A stretch of DNA of 58,437 nucleotides, the filler included, from Basidiobolus ranarum (Eukaryota), in NCBI GenBank assembly GCA_040143965.1. It is 3 parts of 3 records of this genome, joined end to end, with 100 filler letters (N's around TTAATTAATTAA, not from the genome) between each part and the next. Parts side by side here need not be neighbours in the genome. Positions count along the whole stretch, not along the records: positions 1 to 19,449 come from JASJQH010000249.1; 2 more parts are not named here. One strand, given 5' to 3'. Below, one piece after another: positions 1 to 13,300 of the stretch. The notes beneath the pieces were generated by a model. The model was not told the origin of the DNA and did no database searches. It worked only from the letters and a program-made list of their open reading frames with translations. The position numbers were made by a program, and so were the translations under genes. Numbering within the stretch: the first letter of the stretch is position 1; each line of letters begins with the position of its first letter.

Positions 1-1469
1 CTGACCATAGTCACTATGGAAAGATTCAGGTAAATCGTGTAGAATCAAAATTTCAAAAGGGAAAACCTGTTGGCCAGGAACCGAAGTAGTTTTAAAAGGC
101 TCAGAAAGTGCACATCCCTGGTCAACATTATTTTGATGACAATAGGGAAGAGCATAGACAATTCACCCCTGAAGTTGAGATGTATCTTTTTAATCATTAG
201 TGACATGCTCGAGTCAATTACATATATACTAGTGTCCAAAGCCATGGAAGTACTTGCGTACAGCGAGCACTTTAAAAATGAATGTTTAGATAATAGAGCA
301 GAAGCATCTCAATGCTGAACTTGTGAGTTGAGTATGAAGAGTTATGCAACACTGCATGCAACTTTTATAATATAAATGTTATGGATCAATATCTCAGTAT
401 TTGATCGAACTCTTTTACTCTACCACGGCTAGTATGTGGTTTGAACCATATTGTTCAATATTTGGAGGATTTGCATACGGCGTCAAACCTATAAATGTCA
501 TTGTGTGTGAACTAGTTAAATGGATCTGTATTCGATAGCATGGCAATGACACAAATTTGGAATAGGGTTTATCATGTGCTCTAGTACTGACTTCATATCA
601 TGTGGTACAAATAAACATCACAATAGCATAGTGCTGATTGGTACACATACAGTAAAGCTCAGTTGACCTATCAGGATGGGTTGGAGTCGTTTGTATTCTT
701 CAACAGAACTTTTGGTATTAACTAGGTCATGATTAGGATCCACAAACAACATAGCATTAGGTTGGATTACCTTATCGACTTCTAACATCTACACAGAATT
801 CTATATATTGGTTACTTCTGCACAATTGCAGGCTGGAGTTGAAATGTTCGTGCTGAAATTTTGCTGTAAAGAGGACCAAATTTTATGCAACCAATACACC
901 AAGGACTGCATTCCTTCCGTTTAGTGATGATTCTCGATGCTTATGGGAAGAGGGCGTATCTATGCTATAACATGGCAAAGCTACCAAACCGCATTCCGGC
1001 AGCAGATGCCGGCATGTCTGATCATCCAAGTATGCAAGTATCATTATTGAGTGTATGCAGGAATTTTATATCCTCGCATAACATCTCTTGGTATTCTTGA
1101 AAGCTTGTTACGCTCTCAAAGCTATGTGATTGAGTGACCAATATAGTTATGACTAATGTTTTCCGAGCAAAAGCTTGGAACGCTCATATCAACTGAATTT
1201 TGAGGTCGAGAAAAAATTGTCAGACACCACGATTAATTTGGCAAGTTTCAGTTCATATATCAAATGTTCCAAACAGGCTAAAACAACTGCTGGTTGAAGG
1301 CGATGATGCTAGTAATTTCCTAATAAAGTGATTGTACTATGTTTGTTACCAACAATCAATGTATTTTACAGATCCTTCATCAAATGAATTCCATAATCTG
1401 GATGTTTTTTACCACAAGCATTTTCTTGTGGCAACTCGAAGAACAGAAGTCAAATAATATAGATAGACA

Positions 1470-1790
1470 AATACTGTTGAAATTAGCATTGCCCAAACAC
1501 CTATATAGTCATATATTGCTTAGTATTTAGCTATCCTATATTGAACCAAGATATTACCCATTATTCGATATTGGAATTTACTTAGAAGTTCTCAGATATA
1601 TAGATTTTTCAAAGAAGCCCCAAACTTTGCACACATGTTCCTGGGACCTTCCTTAACACATTCTACATGTTAGTTTGTTTACATCTTGACAAAACTATGA
1701 ATGTCAACTGAATACTCAATAAGCGAAAACCACTAATTTCTCTAATTCTCCAAACCACTTCCAACACACTCCCAAAATACTTTAACAAAT
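1470..1790 (-). repeat. Dispersed repeat, copy A (inverted relative to copies at 51610 and 52000)
   Basis: Stretches such as cttagaagttctcagatatatagatttttcaaa, gaagccccaaactttgcacacatgttcctggga, ccttaacacattctac and caaaccacttcca are reverse complements of sequence at 51610-51840 and 52000-52390. Boundaries approximate. Confidence 0.85.
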
Positions 1791-3227
1791 ACAAGGTGAA
1801 AACAATCACAACCAGTACTAGATCAGAATCATGAAATGCTTTGTCAGGGACGAGGTCTACGCATAAAGCCTCAGAGACTTAAACCTTCAGATTACACTAA
1901 ACAAGTCTATGGCTAATACGTATCAAGATTGCCCTGACTGAACAGAAGTTCTATACATGTAATACTCTTATCAGATGTCTACAGTTGAAGGCAATTGAGA
2001 GGTAATGTAGGTTGGACCACAATTGGATGTGAGATACCTTCAAATATTGCATGTGTTTTACTTATTTTAGAGAACTTGGATATGATGATGTCAAGTTCTA
2101 AGATAGATCAGTTGAATGCTGTTTACTTCGGAAATAACTGCCCATACATAAAGTAATAGAAGCTACATTTTCTTTTTATCTTATCTCATATTGCAATCTT
2201 CTCTTACAGTCAATTGAGATAACTTGCATGCAATACGCTTCCTGACTTGAGTTTGTCCTGGTGTCTCTCACCTCTTGAGAATAACTCTGACAAGTTAGTC
2301 TCCAGTTGTTACATACCAGTTTCAGCTAACCTTGAACCCATATGTGGCTATATGTGTCATACTTTTACCAGTAACTATTGGATGACTTTCTCTATTTGTA
2401 CAGGTGACTATATAAAACGCTCGAATATTAGTGGGCGTATTCCAGCATGCTGAATTTGAAGTTGCATGTGCTTATACCCTGACATGTTTATTTGTTGTGC
2501 ATAATTCGTCTAGAGTTTTCCTTTTGCAAATGAAATTTTTCATAATATGTTAGATAGCTCTTAGCTGCTATTCTCACTGGAATTATCTTCATGATATCAA
2601 TTACTGCTATTTGGGCTCTGATTAAGCTGTGTGACAAGTATTACGTAGAGCCATGGAGTGAATGCAGTAATATTGTCATTTAAGGAATGCTCGCAAAGAA
2701 GTCAATATATAAGTGATGATGTATATCCCTGAGAATTTTCTAATTTCACACTCTGCTCTCTCTGTTCCCAAAGTAAACTTCACATAGAATACCTAACTGA
2801 TTAAGTATTAGAGTAATAGACAGTGGCCGCAATGTTGTAACAGATCTATAGTTGGAGCTATCAATTCAAAGAAGAGGGTTGGTACTTCTGCCACCCATGT
2901 CTTGGACTATTTCCATGATGGAAAACGGTTGCGGAAAATAGAAGTTTTTGGACGCCCCCGTATACACAAACAAAAGCACTCAACATGAATGTCGAGGTAT
3001 CTAGAGTGACATTATTGAGGCCATATGGATTAATAGACCAGAATGAATGATATCATGTAACTCTATTAAAACGTTTAACAGGCAATAATAGAAAATATTT
3101 AGGACCTGTGAATAGTATTTTACAGGCGCCCATGACTTGTAGACTCAAGAATCTACTACCACATTGAATTATCTCCATCTCTATTAGTAGAAAGTCATTT
3201 ATTATAATTTACCAAGTGGTAGGATTA

Positions 3228-3743
3228 TTAGGCACCAAAAACTTGAGTCCAGTAGTTTCCATTAGCAACGTAACCAGAACCAAAGGAGGTAAACTGTGGG
3301 TTAAGAATGTTGCGTCGATGTCCAGCGGAATTCATCCAACCTTGCATAACTATCTCGATGCTAGAGTAGCCTCTAGCCACATTTTCTCCGATTGCTCTCC
3401 AGTTGAATCCAGTTTCAGAAACACGGGTACTCAATGGTCTTCCAGGCTCATCGTGTGTCATTTGGTTAACACGAGCTTGATAGTCGGTATGTCTCTGAGC
3501 TGCTTGCACTAAGTGGTTATTGAGCTTGAGTGGCTTAATACCATTCTGTTGACGCTGCTGATTGACAAGAGAGAGCATTTTTTGGAGGTCACCATTGCCG
3601 GATACCACTTTGACCGCAGAAGGCTTCACTTTCTTTTGAGGTTTACTAGTGCACTGCACATAGTTAGCATCCTGACCAGCAATAGCCAGTATCACTTGTA
3701 GGAGCAAAAAGGTCAAGCCAACGAAAATAGTCCAGCTTTTCAT
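3228..3743 (-). CDS. Secreted CAP/SCP (PR-1-like) protein of bacterial YkwD-like type, intronless
   Basis: First ATG at 3743 gives MKSWTIFVGLTFLLLQVILAIAG (signal-like). CAP motifs LVNQQR..GIKPL, AAQRH..Y, GENVA.G, WMNSAGHRRNIL, YWTQVFG. Confidence 0.9.
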   Translation of the reverse strand: MKSWTIFVGLTFLLLQVILAIAGQDANYVQCTSKPQKKVKPSAVKVVSGNGDLQKMLSLVNQQRQQNGIKPLKLNNHLVQAAQRHTDYQARVNQMTHDEPGRPLSTRVSETGFNWRAIGENVARGYSSIEIVMQGWMNSAGHRRNILNPQFTSFGSGYVANGNYWTQVFGA

Positions 3744-3807
3744 TTCTTTCAATGGGTTGATTAGGGAACGGGGGTTTATTGTACTTCTTGAGCTTTACAT
3801 GAACTAC

Positions 3808-3814
3808 TTTTATA
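3808..3814 (-). promoter_or_regulatory. Candidate TATA box for the CAP gene
   Basis: TATAAAA on the minus strand about 65 nt upstream of the ATG; motif match only. Confidence 0.35.
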
Positions 3815-6800
3815 CCTATACAATTTTCGGCTCTACACTCCACTTGTGAACGAAATAAACGAAATTTAATTTAATAGACTTTGTATTACATCTGCAAAAA
3901 AAAGACGATCGTATTAAGCAGTGTACCCTAGCTGAACAGAGCTTTCATATCACCTTCAACTCCCTAGATTCACTGTGTTTAGAAGCTGAAATCTAATACT
4001 TATGCCAATATAAGAAAAGAAAGATTTGATATGCTGCTCAGTGTGGTACAGTTAGTAAGGTCTAGGCTCCATATCAACATCCAGGGTTGAGAAAATAGGG
4101 ACATGGCCTAATTCACATGTTACTTGCTAAGCTCATTACAAGAGAGTATTCAACATATGCAATGAGAAGAGCTACTTTGAGGCAAAAGAGTTTTCGAGAT
4201 CTTGGTATCACGTATTGTCGTACCTACCAGCGGCATTTATTAAACCCTGCATATTTTTCAAGGGTGAGATACCTAGTTTGGACTCTTTAATTTCATTTTT
4301 CTGAGGGTGACTTACCTGCCTGATCGATCGTAGTCACTTGTTTTTCCTGAGTAGTTCCAGCGCATCTGTACAGATAAGGACACTAGGTAGACAATATCAA
4401 GCGTTACTATGGAATGAAGTCTGGAAAGAACGGCAATACCTCCTTTATGTTAAGTATAATAGCATAGATACAATTTATTGTTAAGATTCTTTTACACGAA
4501 GATAGATTTTACCTAATTGTAGTGATCGAATCTATATCGATAATAAGTTGAAATTCCATGGCCTCTCGCTTAAGTCTGTCACATTACGACCAGTAGACAA
4601 AGTGAAGGCTTACAGCTAAAAGAACCCAACAAATGATGAACTCAACGATATAGAGTGTTACTGCACACCTCTCCATGACTTATCCAAACTACCATGATAA
4701 GAATAGTGAGAATAGGAACGAATAAGGGCGTTGAATAAAACCCAAAATCCCGTTGATATTGTCAAATGGGTAAAAGTAAACCGATTGAAAGCAAGAGAAA
4801 CCGGTGTCTAGACTAGCATATTTTTATCAGCCTTCAAAATAATTTTTCTTTCGGCTCAAAGTTCGTGTTAAGAGTAATAATATCATTCCTAGCAAGAATA
4901 GCATTCGTTACACCCTCAGTGATGACATTGAACATACTAGGGAAGGAAAAGTGCAAAAAGCCAACAAATAGAACTTGGGTCAATTGAATCGAATACTGGT
5001 AGTAGCAATAAACTGAAGTTTATTTAGCATTGGACATGTATACTTCTCCAGTATCCTGGTGAATCTTTCTTAAATACTTATTTATAATTGTCCAAATGAG
5101 TCTAGTGCCACTTTAGGATTGACATATGTAAAGGCTAAGGCTTGGATATGAAATTGATTAAATGACACATGCGGGGATTATCTAATAATGGGTTATAACT
5201 GTGTGCTAGTTGCTCTTTTGCACAATCAGAATGGATATGGTTAACAAAGTACTGCATAACCCAGAGTCCTACTTCCATTATTTTACCATATTTTCCTTTC
5301 TTGCACTACTCTTTAATATTTACTCGTTAATTACAAGCCCGTATTGTGACGTGCCTAAAAAGCACTCTTTTTCAACTACTCAATGCTGCAATTGTTATAT
5401 ATTTAATGTTAATACCACTATATAGTGTAATCAGTGTAAATAATTCAATAGGACTTTTACAGTATTTGAGCTACTGAACCGGCATATTTGCTTTACTGTG
5501 ATTACAATTTGATTGCAATTTGTTTGGGCTGTCTTCTGAAGTATAAGTTGCTCTTAATCTTAGAATATCATGTTCTCAGCGAGTGCTTCCAGATGTTCGC
5601 TTACCTGACTACAGCAGATGCTCTAACTGCACTGTATTTTGGAATTTTTCCCAGAACCAGTATGCTGTCATTTGGAGGAGATAGAAAAGTAGCTTATAAT
5701 GTATATAGCAACTACATAATGTTAGCTTGAGTTTTACCCACTGAATACACATCTTCAGGAGCAGATGATGAAGCTTTTGAAATTCTGATCGGAATGGATA
5801 GAGTGAAGCCAGGTGAGAGTAAGCTAGGTAGTTAGTTTGCTAAATCACCTTCATTCTATTGCTTGGATGAATATCGGAAATGGTAGATGTTCACTTCAAA
5901 CATTTCTTTTATACTACATTGTTAACTCAAACCATTAAGTTGTGAATATATACCACTTGCCTCAAGGCTGGTGCTTCAGTTATTTCACATCACTGCTTTA
6001 TCCTTATTAGGTCAATCTTCTTCTGTTCAAGTAACGTATTTTCTAGCAATTTGATTTCCTTGGTAGTAATGGAAAGCACACAATCTGATATATGGAGTGT
6101 TAGTATTTGTTGTATGAGAGAATAAATTTATGCTGCTAAGGTATTCAAAGTTGGGGAGGGATATATAAATTTTGCATAGTTATGGCCAAATAGAAAATGA
6201 CGAATTGTGGAAAGATTTTCTATGATGGACAACTCTCAACAAGTACCATTCTACATAATAATATTGTAATTTGAAGAACTATATTGTCAATAAAGTTCTT
6301 TGGAAATTACAAGAGAGATCTTCTAAACAACACTCCAACTGGTGAAAATGCATGACACGAGAACGCTTAACATATAATTTGAGGTGGCTAATCAGTCAAT
6401 ATATGTTCAATTGATTGATAAGATAAATGAGGTTTTAAGTATGATTACAGATGTAGATCAATTAATACTAAAGATAGCTGGTCATATCGTTGTATTGGTA
6501 AACTATAAATCATATGATGTAATTAAATGATTTGTGAGATCTGGTGTCAAGCTTTGTATATGCAGAGGAAAACCTTTACTTTTTAGCAGAAGTTGTGTTT
6601 TAAATGTCAATCTACAGTAGTATTTAAATGTGATGTCTGTACCTGCTATTGGCTATACAGCTGCATAAGTCGGTACATAACAATGGCAGAGAATAATTGA
6701 ACCTCGTAAAAGAAAATGTGATGATTGGCAATCAGGGTGGATGTTTTCAGGAAATATCACATAATGAGTTTAAGGGGAATATAAATATTTGGAAAAGCTT

Positions 6801-7446
6801 GCAATTGTTTCGTCTTTAGATGTAATCAGCATATGAACTAATCATACTCTTCAAGTAATCAGTAATATGTGCAAGCCAAATGAGCAGGTTTCAAAATCTC
6901 ACACTATACTTACAGCATATCAGTGACGAGTTGGACAATCAGAGATACTATTACCAAGAGCTTATCATCCACTTGTTCACCTGTCCAAGAGAGCACCCCA
7001 GCTCTATCATACAAGAATGGTAGTATCAGACTCCGACATACAGTACCTACACACTACTAAAGTTTAGTCAAGTATGTTGTAACAATACCTAAAATGACAC
7101 ATAGCATGGTATCCAAATAGTGGTAAGGGTATTAAGAAAGATGTCTGTGAGGAGAGGAATACCTGACTAATAATCAAATTCTATATACTACTTAGATACT
7201 GCATGATTTTCATCTATTTTTGTCTTCAGGGCCAAGCACAAGCTACTTAAAGCGAGACTCGCATTCTTATAGCATAAAACTTGTTTGTAGTTGTAAAATT
7301 TTCATTGTTACACGTTAAACCAAATTGGCAAATAGACTTAACTTCTTTTCTATCGCCAGACTTGGTTATTCATTTCAAACCCTTCTCAAAACAGGTCAGC
7401 GACATAACAACTCAAAGACTTTTTTTATTGTTCTGTCTTCTTTTAC

Positions 7447-8178
7447 ATGGCTAAGCAAGCAAATCTAGAGTTTGTAGCTCCCCCATCCTATGAGTCGTCT
7501 TTAGATCTCCCCTCGAGTATTTGCTGTATATCACTCAATGAAAGTGACAAAATTCGCCTAATTGGAGCACCTGAGCACTTAAGAGCCTCTTTTCGTGAAA
7601 TGCTTAAGCGTAGCTGGAGAAAAGGCATACAGGTCGAAAGTGATTATTGTGAACAGCCTGAATTCAAGCTTCTTGGTAATCCTTGGTTTGGTCATGGTGA
7701 TGATGCTGTACCTTGTCGTACTTTGTTGATAGAGATATTAAGATATATGGAGAACCAAGGCTGGAGATACATTGTAGCTTCGGATGTTAGTAAGAAACAA
7801 TCAGACAAAGCCACCCTTCTCTTTGAATACACCGGCATAGTGTGCACCCCGACTATATTCTCACTTTCGTTCAATCGTACCGACCGCTTGCGAGTCATTG
7901 GCGCCTCGCCAGATATCCCTGGGACTGTTCGAGAGGCCATCCGCAGCTATTGGGTTATTCAAAATGAGAAATTTTACCATGGTTCATGGGAGTTTAAGCT
8001 GGCTGGTAATCCGTGGTTTGCGGATGGGGATGACGCCATTCGTGCTCGTATGTTGTTAATGAAAATTCTTGGCGCCCTTCGAAGAATTGGGTATAAATTA
8101 CATGCTTCTATTGAGGTATGCGTGGGAGATAGTGGTTATGAATTGGATAGTTGGTTCCTAAGGAAAATCGATGGGTAA
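7447..8178 (+). CDS. Uncharacterised 243-aa protein made of two tandem ~110-aa repeats, with an N-terminal PPxY motif
   Basis: Clean ATG-TAA ORF. Repeat 1 SLNESDKIRLIGAP..EFKLLGNPWFGHGDDA; repeat 2 SFNRTDRLRVIGAS..EFKLAGNPWFADGDDA; APPSYESS near the start. Confidence 0.85.
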   Translation: MAKQANLEFVAPPSYESSLDLPSSICCISLNESDKIRLIGAPEHLRASFREMLKRSWRKGIQVESDYCEQPEFKLLGNPWFGHGDDAVPCRTLLIEILRYMENQGWRYIVASDVSKKQSDKATLLFEYTGIVCTPTIFSLSFNRTDRLRVIGASPDIPGTVREAIRSYWVIQNEKFYHGSWEFKLAGNPWFADGDDAIRARMLLMKILGALRRIGYKLHASIEVCVGDSGYELDSWFLRKIDG

Positions 8179-9611
8179 CTTGGGAAGTGGTGGTTAGGGC
8201 CTTTCGTTTATGGTATTGGCAAGACCAATGGTGTTACAAAATGTGTATAGTATATGAATGTAGCTTTGGAACTCATCTTAGCATTAGTCCAACCAGGACT
8301 TAATAAACAATATTAGCTTAATTGTAAACTGCAGCAGTAAGTGCTTGTGCAGAGGGCTTTCATTGATGTTGCTACTCTGCTGAAGAGTATCATCAAGTGT
8401 TAGTGGCGCAAGATCCTTTATTGTGTATGGTTGGGCTCACAGAGTGCGGTTTCCGAGTGATTGAATCATGCTGCAATTGCCACAATCGTAAGGTTTAGGT
8501 GAATTACTACTCCTGCATAGACAGAGGCTCATGGGCTGGATTGCAAGTAGTATATCTGCACGGGCTGGAAGTAAACCTAGAGGCTTTGTGGACAACATCA
8601 GATGAGTTGGTTATATGGCATCATCAGACACCTAATATAACTCCATAGCCAGCATTCTATTCTTGGTCCAATTGGTTTAATTGAGACTGTTATTTGCGAT
8701 ACACTAGGCAAACAGATCATTTACTCTGATCTGACCAAATTTCCTTAGTCATCTTGGCAGTAAGAAAATCACATCTGCACTTCCAAATTCGTGAGTATTT
8801 CAACATATTGTTGAATCAATGCTGCCTGGACAGGAAGATCTCAGGGCCGAAGTCTAATTTATTCCATCAAAACCGTTCATACATATGAAATGCTTTATTT
8901 AGACCAAATCGGTGCATGCATTAGGCCACCATGCTATCATTGCAGACTATGCATTCAACTGAGCTTAGCAATCAAGTCATCCCACCACTCAAAGACAAGC
9001 TTGTGCATACTAACCTCACGCTATCTCACAAGGCATCAGAGAAGCGAATCATTTAGCATTTAGCGGGTAAGTCTGATTGAACATTCTCTGCACTTACACC
9101 GCAGCACCAATATCAATGATTTCACCTCTATCCTAGCCTACATCAACATATTAGGCTTTCATTTCACGGTATTTCTTCTAGTATCTATGCAACTCTCAAG
9201 CCTGACACGGTTGAAATAATGTTTGAAAGGAATGAGTGAAGGCGGTCTGATGGATACTCTATTATACATTCCTCACCAGGCTTCAAGAGAGTATATGCTA
9301 GATGAGTAGCATCATCGACATCATATACCCACAGATTCCATTCAAAAATATAATCTAATGCGCCCACTCTATTTAGTAGATTATTAATTGATTGTTTTGA
9401 AGGCAATCCCATTTTCATCAAATCGTTCTTTATTCAATTTCAAAACAAAAAAATCCATGAAATTTCATGTTACTAAACCAATAAGGAACCATAATTTACC
9501 ATGGAAAATTTATACCAAAATCATGCCACATTTGTATATCAATTTTCAACTCATTTATGGGTGTTTCAACTTTATCAGCTTAACAGTGATAAAACACAGT
9601 GTCAATTCGAA

Positions 9612-12210
9612 ATGTTCAAAAAACCTTTCACCCTGAAAACGGTGGCTCCTTTACGTTCTTCTGACAGACGTCGTTCATTAGCAGAGATTAAACAGCATTT
9701 TGCTGGTGCCATCGAAACCACCGAGAAACCAGAGGAAATTGAAGAAGAAACCAGTGAGAATGTTGGGAATAAAGAGGGACAAGAAAACAAGCCAGAGCTT
9801 TTACCTAGTGATGTTAGCTCAGCTAAATTTTCTTCGCATATAAAGGACCACGGTATCATCTATTTTGACAATAAACAAAATCCTTTGTGGCTTAAAATTG
9901 ATTCGAAAGGAAGCGATATTACACTAATTCCTACAGGTAAATAAGGAGTGAACTACCTTTTTCATGAGTAGTCTTGATATTAAACCAATCTTATCCATTT
10001 GTATAAAAGTCTATACTCTTTGGAAGTTTCCAAATCTACTTCCGTCTATCAGTACACATACACCAGTTGTGTCAAGGCTTTTAGGAGGTGCTGGTAAGAT
10101 ACATTGTCGGTTTTATTTTATAGGAAGTGTATGTAAAATGTTTCTATCCATTTCGAAGATTTAATGCTTCCCGGGTTCATTACTCCTCCAAATGGCTTTC
10201 CCGAATTACGACGTGGCGACTTGGTGTCTATTGTGATACGAGGTCATCCGTAAGTAACTTATTCTTACAGCATTCCTTAGTATCTTACATTAATAAGAAA
10301 AGCTAGAGCACCCGTGGCTGTTGGACGTATGGCGGTAGATACTTCAGAGATTCCTATTTCTGGGCCACGTAAGGGTAAAGGTGTATACATTCTACATGTC
10401 TATCGTGATTATTTATGGTAAATTTAGTTATTCTTCATTCACTTTCACCTTGGGTCCACTTTACTGAACAAACATCTATAGGAGCCATGGTGATAAATCC
10501 GATCCACCAGAGTTTAAAGCCCTCGAAGCAGTTTCAGATGGAGAAATGGAGATGAACGATGGTAATTATAGAATAGAATGTTGATTGAATAGCCTAAAGA
10601 TATTCAATATTATTCTCATAGAAGGGGCAGAAACACGACAAGAAGTACCCGAAGAAAAGCCCGAAACAAATTTAACTGTTGCTGGTATTTATTTTAAGTG
10701 ATAGTTCTTATCAGAATAACTGCATACTGATAACTTTATTAGAAATAGATGATATTTTCAAAGCGTCATTACTACAGGCACTAAAAGTAAGACTTACCCC
10801 GGATGGTGCATCCCAACAACTACCAATGATGGCATCGGCTTTTTACTCTGGATACATACTTGCTTCGCGACCTGTCAATGTAGATATCAAGCAAAGTAGC
10901 TACAAAAAGGTACATGTTTCCCAAGCATATAGGGATGTGCTAGATTTAACCGACAAAGCCATCAATAATAGGTTGCGAAATTTTTCAAAGCTATGGAGAA
11001 GAAAGGCTTATTCAAGTGCAAAGAGATGCGCGGTGAATTGCATCTTATGGGTGTTAATTGGCAACATAAAGAGTAGGAATTGAAAATCCTTCCCACTTTG
11101 ATTGCATTTACAAAGGTTAACAAGCTTCAATCAGTTTGACTGATTTTGTACCATACAAGGTTCCCACTGTGGCTGCTTCCACTTCACAACCACCAAACTC
11201 CGGGGCCAAACCTACGAACAACAGTAATTCTGCTCCTTCTGGAGAAATCAAGATAGTTGAAATTTACAAGGTTTCCAGTACTGTAGCGCCATTATTTGAC
11301 GATATGAAAGCAAGGTAATCCTTGATGATTCGGTTTAATGGATTATCCACCAAGCGCATGGTCGTTGCTAACACGATGAGTTCATCTTCATAGCAAAGAT
11401 TCACTTTATGACAAAACTGAGTTACGAAACTTGATTATGGATTACGTCAAGATTCATGGTTTAGCCAATCCAAAAGATCAAAGGTAAGAATCATTAGGTC
11501 GAAAACTCCCCAAATAGCTAGTTTCATTGAACCTTTGGTTATTTCTAGGATGGTCAGGATTGATCCGATTCTTTGTGATGCTTTACTGAAAAAGCAGGAA
11601 TACTCTTCAGTGAATTTCTTGGCACGGGATCAGTGTGTACTGAGGTTATATGATGGACATAATTGTACATGACTTTCTGATAGGTGTATATTATTAACAT
11701 ACTTTGTAGACTTTTAGCAAACATGCATCCATATCATCTAATGGAAACCCCTGGGCAAGAGCCAGTTGTCAAGTAATGAAAAAACCCAATCTTTAGGTTC
11801 CAGTAAACGAGTTATCTCTAATACTCTGGATTTTATGTAGGAAGGGCAATGTTAAACCAATTCAAATCACCATAGAAGCACGACAAGGTCGCAAAGCTGT
11901 AACCAAGATCACAGGCATGGAGCATTTCCAAGTGAGCGTCAATGACTTAGCCAAGCAGCTACAAACACTCTGTGCCAGTAGCGTAGCCGGTACGTATTTA
12001 CCCGACTTCAATCTGATATAGTTTATTCCTGACTTGACCACTTGATCTGTAGTAAATGAACTTCCCATTGGAAAGAATACTCCTCATCCCATCTCCGAAA
12101 TATTGGTACAAGGACACCAAGAGAAAAAGGTGATTGAAGAGCTGACTGCTCGAGGTGTTCCAAGCAAACATGTACAATTAAATGACAAAACCGCCAAGAA
12201 GAAGAAATGA
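9612..12210 (+). CDS. TMA64: Eukaryotic translation initiation factor 2D (ligatin/Tma64), multi-exon
   Basis: N-terminus MFKKPFTLKTVAPLRSSDRRR; pre-PUA/PUA VYTLWKFP..LLGGADLMLPG; DIKQSSYKK; SWIB-like segment (IDPILCDALL); SUI1 C-terminus RQGRKAVTKITGMEHF..EILVQGHQ. Joined by about 12 GT-AG introns; stop TGA 12208-12210. Confidence 0.92.
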
Positions 12211-13144
12211 TTCCCACTTTTGTATGTTACATCCGATCTTAGACAGACACAGAGCGAACCATCCAAAATAAACAGTCTTTCACCATCTACATAGTAAAGT
12301 TTAGGTATCAAATGTACAACGATAGAATGGATTGTGATCCGTACGATGTGACTAACTAGAGGATGGTAAGCAGAAAAGCGATGTCAAATGCCTGACTAAT
12401 AAGAGGTACGGCAGAGAGAACCATTGGTGACTCTATTTCTCTGCATGCATTGGGAAATATCTGAGTTGTTTGGAGCAGTGTTTCTGTGTGTAGAGCAAGC
12501 GATGTACTCTGTAAATATAGCACCATGGATGTTCGAGGTGGGGTTTATGGGCGAAATGTACGATGTCGAGTAGCATTATTGTCAATGCGATACACCAGTC
12601 TAGTCTATGATGCGGTTAATAGGTGTACGGATAGGATATTAAGTAAACACAGCCTATCTGATAGGATATTAATTGCATGTCAAAGGATCAACATTCAATA
12701 CACGTGCACACGTTGTTGATACTAACTCCGAACAAGCCTCGTTTCAGATCCATCACAAATCACATATTGTTCTGAGAGTCAAGATCACCAGTGTATTTGA
12801 GCACCACATCATTTACGATTACTTGGTTAACCTGATTGATTGGCACTTCTTGGGATACAGATTCCACGATGTCGGCGACTGGTTTTCCATTCATTAATGA
12901 AAGCTAGTTTCACGATAGTGAAATTAAGTTTTATACATAGGGGTAAGGAGGCCCATGAAATCCAACTCCATTTTTCAATTGATTCGTAGTTCATTGAAGA
13001 TTGTAAGTTGGTGTTCATGCTTGATTACCTACATGTTTTCAAACGGAGAAAGTCATTTGAAATGCTGGAACCTTTGAAAATGCACATGTATATGTATATA
13101 CCACTCAACTTTCTGACAATCACCAAGGCGCTCCAGATCCACAT

Positions 13145-13150
13145 TATAAA
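13145..13150 (+). promoter_or_regulatory. Candidate TATA box for tyrosinase
   Basis: TATAAA(A) about 155 nt upstream of the ATG; motif match only. Confidence 0.3.
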
Positions 13151-13300
13151 AGTGGGAAGAAGGGTCCTCTAAGCGATGAATTAGACCTTCAGTGTGTTGG
13201 TTCTATACATATAGAGAATTATACCTTAGCATCCGCTTCTTTGTTTACTTTCTCACGTCTCCTTTCAGCCAATTTATCAGCTCCTGAAACACCGTTGAAA

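Noticed and set aside
5500-6100. Possible integrase remnant on the minus strand
   Set aside because: Only a vague resemblance across multiple stops; unsupported without a search.
9185-9421. 78-aa minus-strand ORF divergent from eIF2D
   Set aside because: No recognisable motif and no convincing splice continuation.
12629-12672. 13-nt direct repeat gataggatattaa
   Set aside because: Too short and isolated to interpret.
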